This document shows positions 61,252 to 64,000 of a DNA stretch of 64,000 nt, piece by piece. The position numbers were made by a program, and so were the translations under genes. How positions within the stretch are numbered: the first letter of the stretch is position 1; every line of letters begins with the position of its first letter. Source of the DNA: an uncultured Desulfospira sp. (GTDB lineage Bacteria; Desulfobacterota; Desulfobacteria; Desulfobacterales; Desulfobacteraceae); contig OY760175.1 in assembly GCA_963663165.1 (NCBI GenBank), positions 3,168,001 through 3,232,000 of the forward strand, given 5' to 3'. The notes beneath the pieces were generated by a model. It had not been told where the DNA came from, searched no databases, and worked only from the letters and a program-made list of their open reading frames with translations.

Positions 61252-61680
61252 TCAATCAGCCGCATACCCCATTAAAATCTCCATATGCCCCGTGTGGTCA
61301 TCCACTTTTTCTTTGATGATTTCAAACCCGCATGTTTGATAGAATGCCATACTTTTGGGATTTTCTTTATATACTGCAAGTTCGAGCCTGTTCCTTAGGG
61401 ATGTTGCTTTATCCATTAACTTTCGCCCAATACCCTTTCCCTGAAATACGGGGGCCACAAACATGGCCGCCAGCACATCGCCGTGAAGGCAGAAAAATCC
61501 CTTTACGGTTTGATTTTCTATAAAAATATAGGTGTCGGAACGGGGAATATAAATGTCGCGCATGGCATCCATGTTTGATTCCCAAAAGGCCTTATCCATA
61601 AACCCATGGGCCTGTATGGAAGCGTTTAGCCAGATATCCAGCACAGCATGGATGTCTTGGGGCCCACACTTTCGTATCAT
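61252..61680 (-). CDS. GNAT family N-acetyltransferase
   Basis: IWLNASIQAHGF, AMFVAP.FQGKGIGRKL, LAVYKEN...FY...GF. Confidence 0.92.
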   Translation of the reverse strand: MIRKCGPQDIHAVLDIWLNASIQAHGFMDKAFWESNMDAMRDIYIPRSDTYIFIENQTVKGFFCLHGDVLAAMFVAPVFQGKGIGRKLMDKATSLRNRLELAVYKENPKSMAFYQTCGFEIIKEKVDDHTGHMEILMGYAAD

Positions 61681-62501
61681 TTCCCCCCTCCTTCAGCCTT
61701 TTTTGACGGAAACAGGGCATTGGTTTTTCCGGTGATATAATAGGCCGCAAGCCCGGTCCATTCCCTTGCCGCCATGGCCAGAATGCGCAGATTTCCGGAA
61801 AAATTCAACCCGGGCTCTATTTCCCGGTCCGGCGGGGTAAAATGATCCACGGGGTATGGAATCACCGGCCAGCCCAGCTGATTAAACACCCCCACCGAAC
61901 GGGGCATGTGGGCGGCCGACGTTACCAGGACCCAGACCTGCCCAGGTTCCGGATGGGCCAAGTTCTTTGAGAACAACCCGTTTTCATAGGTATTTCTCGA
62001 TTTTTCCTCAAACAGGAAAGAGGCGGTATCCAAACCCAGGGCCTCAAAAACCGGCCGGGCCGTGTCCGTACATTTCCATTCCTGGCCTGTGGGGTCCCCT
62101 GATCCGCCCGTAAACAGATGGACCGCATCGGGGTAGGCCCTGACCAGGCGGATAAACCCCACATACCGGTCCGCTGAAGCATTCAATTCCGGCTGATGCC
62201 ACAGCCGGCTTAACTTGCTGATTTCCGCACCGCCCAGCATGATCACCCCATCCACCTTTTCGGGAAGTTCCGGATTGGCGGGAAAGCGCTGTTCCAGGGG
62301 GGCCAGCAGCATCATGCCCAGGGGAAAAACCGTGATCACCGACATGGCCAGAACCACGCCGGACAGTATCCACCTGGCCCGTTTCACTTTACCGGCAAAC
62401 CAGAACAGCATCCCGGCCAGGGCAGAAAACACCAACAAAAAATCAGGCGAGATCACCAGCCAGATCAGCTTGGACAACCAGAAAAACACCGTATCCATCA
62501 T
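61677..62501 (-). CDS. YdcF/DUF218 (ElyC-like) membrane protein
   Basis: VIMLGG, FTGGSG, EEKSRNTYEN, LVTSAAHMPRS, PYPVD, REW. Confidence 0.92.
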   Translation of the reverse strand: MMDTVFFWLSKLIWLVISPDFLLVFSALAGMLFWFAGKVKRARWILSGVVLAMSVITVFPLGMMLLAPLEQRFPANPELPEKVDGVIMLGGAEISKLSRLWHQPELNASADRYVGFIRLVRAYPDAVHLFTGGSGDPTGQEWKCTDTARPVFEALGLDTASFLFEEKSRNTYENGLFSKNLAHPEPGQVWVLVTSAAHMPRSVGVFNQLGWPVIPYPVDHFTPPDREIEPGLNFSGNLRILAMAAREWTGLAAYYITGKTNALFPSKKAEGGGK

Positions 62502-62604
62502 GGGGCCTGTCTCCTGAGAAATAGACGTGACTTATTAATCGTTATCCCTTTAGGCAAAGGCAGGATACCTTCTTCCTTCAGTCTAACCCCCTTCAGCCTT
62601 CAGC

Positions 62605-63324
62605 CTAATTCCCTGCCCTGGGAAACAGCAAAGACCGGATCCAGCCCCAGAGGGTATTGCCTTCAAGAATTTTTTTTTCATTTTCAGCCAGGACCCGGTT
62701 CATCTCTTCCGTATCGCCATACCGGTCTTTTCGGGTAATGATCGGCCGGTCCGGGTCCAGGGTCTTGATCACCCGGGCCGGATTGCCCCCGGCAATGACA
62801 TTGGTCGGAATGTCACAGGTCACCACGGCACCGGCACCGATAATGGAATTCCTGCCAATGGTCACCCCTTTGCAGACAATGGCCGAATCTCCGATCCAGA
62901 CATTTTCTTCCAGTACCACCCGGCTGGTCTCCTGTGGCGGCAGGGACCGGTCATAGATGCCGTGCCAGTCTGAATCCGTGATATAGGCGTTGCTGGCCAG
63001 CATGGACGAGTCTTTGATCACAATGGAATTGGCCGCGCTGATCCTTACCCCCGGGGAGATCAGGACATGGTCACCGATGACGATACCGTCAATATCTTTG
63101 CTTTCAGACCAGACCGTCAGCCTTGTCTTTTTATCTGAACAGCCCAGAAGGGTGATGTTGTTTCCGATACGGACCGGGCCGCCGAACACCTCAATATGCC
63201 AGGGTTTGACAATAAAGGGATTATCCCCCAGGGACGTCAGTTTCGGCGACAGGTAACGGCGGACATAGAAATTGAGAAAACGGTACCAGGCCTTTTTAAG
63301 ATAATAGGGCCGATAGTCTTTCAT
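62605..63324 (-). CDS. Hexapeptide-repeat acyltransferase
   Basis: ITDSDWH, VWIGDSAIVCKGVTIGRNSIIGAGAVVT.DIP.NVIAGGNPA; ATG overlaps the upstream TGA. Confidence 0.92.
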   Translation of the reverse strand: MKDYRPYYLKKAWYRFLNFYVRRYLSPKLTSLGDNPFIVKPWHIEVFGGPVRIGNNITLLGCSDKKTRLTVWSESKDIDGIVIGDHVLISPGVRISAANSIVIKDSSMLASNAYITDSDWHGIYDRSLPPQETSRVVLEENVWIGDSAIVCKGVTIGRNSIIGAGAVVTCDIPTNVIAGGNPARVIKTLDPDRPIITRKDRYGDTEEMNRVLAENEKKILEGNTLWGWIRSLLFPRAGN

Positions 63325-64000
63325 CAGTTGGCGGTTTCCGTAAACACAGCCCCTTTCCAGGCCGAATGGCAAAACAGGCGGCTGGCCGGGGTCAGGCCGT
63401 AAATGGCGTCGGCGGCCATGACCACCACCGCATTGGTCCAGGAAATCTTTTCTTCGGGCCAGATGACCATATCCGGATAGGTATACCCGCACCAGAAGGT
63501 TTTATCCCGGTAGACCCGGTCCATGATCCAGGAAAAGACAATCCCGGCTTTTTTCCGGTCTCCCATGGCATTGAGGGCCAGGACCAGTTCACTGGTTTCA
63601 GCAATGGTTACCCAGGGCTGGTCTGACACGCACCGGCAGCCCTGGCCTTCGATGACATACTTGCTCCAGTGGCGGTCGATCCGGGCTCGGGCCTTTTCTC
63701 CCCGGAGGGCGCCGCAGAGGATGGGATAGAACCAGTACATGGAGTACCGGGCTTTGGAAACGTTATATTTGTGAGGATTTTCCTGAATGGACCGTTCCAG
63801 AAGCCCAAAGGCGTTTTGCCATTCCGGCCGGTTTTTACCCAGAATACCGGCAACGGCAAGGGCGGCTTTAAGGCTCATGAAGATTGAACTGGAGCCGGCC
63901 AGAAGCGACATGGGATCAGCCTTGCCTTCCGGGCTTTTAGCCCAGAAGATTTCCCCGGTCCGGGTCTGAAGTTCCAGGGCAAATTCAATGCCCTTTTCCA
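63324..64000 (-). CDS. Prenyltransferase/squalene-cyclase-like alpha-alpha barrel protein (partial, 5' end outside window)
   Basis: Open frame from the window end: IEFALELQTRTGEIFWA...LLAGSSSIFMSL...SMYWFYPILCG...GCRCVSDQPWVTIAETSEL...IWPEEKISWTNA. Confidence 0.65.
   Translation of the reverse strand, partial: EKGIEFALELQTRTGEIFWAKSPEGKADPMSLLAGSSSIFMSLKAALAVAGILGKNRPEWQNAFGLLERSIQENPHKYNVSKARYSMYWFYPILCGALRGEKARARIDRHWSKYVIEGQGCRCVSDQPWVTIAETSELVLALNAMGDRKKAGIVFSWIMDRVYRDKTFWCGYTYPDMVIWPEEKISWTNAVVVMAADAIYGLTPASRLFCHSAWKGAVFTETAN

Overview
64-kb chromosomal window from a GC-moderate anaerobic bacterium; gene content and repeat types suggest a Desulfobacterales-type sulfate reducer (inference only). 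In order: (1) an AT-rich LPS block (GT39-like, LpxL, GT2, GT4, two extra LPS kinases, waaP, waaG); (2) a 1.7-kb mosaic of repeats with an IS4 remnant and a sulfotransferase-like fragment; (3) housekeeping and metabolic genes (cyclophilin, ADP-forming acyl-CoA ligase with TetR, menA, a hybrid kinase, MarR/DUF169); (4) a decayed AraC-CMD-cupin-AKR-NhaD patch; (5) a heme-c chemoreceptor; (6) a RelE/XRE toxin-antitoxin pair inside a transposase-less element with ISAs1-type ends; (7) a cobalamin-riboswitch operon (two TonB receptors, DUF2162, ExbB-like, DUF2149, CobN-like chelatase); (8) a decaying corrinoid-protein/TRAP/sensor-kinase island; (9) a polar amino-acid ABC transporter; (10) a coupled metallophosphoesterase plus ParB/Srx-AsnC fusion pair; (11) a three-gene split glutamate synthase; (12) an orphan hcp; (13) the end of a prenyltransferase-like/acyltransferase/YdcF/GNAT operon. 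The most notable observations are the ISAs1-ended cargo element and its MITE relatives with target duplications, a four-copy two-hairpin element with a fixed core and covarying stems, the ParB-AsnC/phosphoesterase pair, and the B12-controlled chelatase-uptake operon. No rRNA, tRNA or CRISPR array was recognised. All family calls come from motif recognition by eye, not from database searches.
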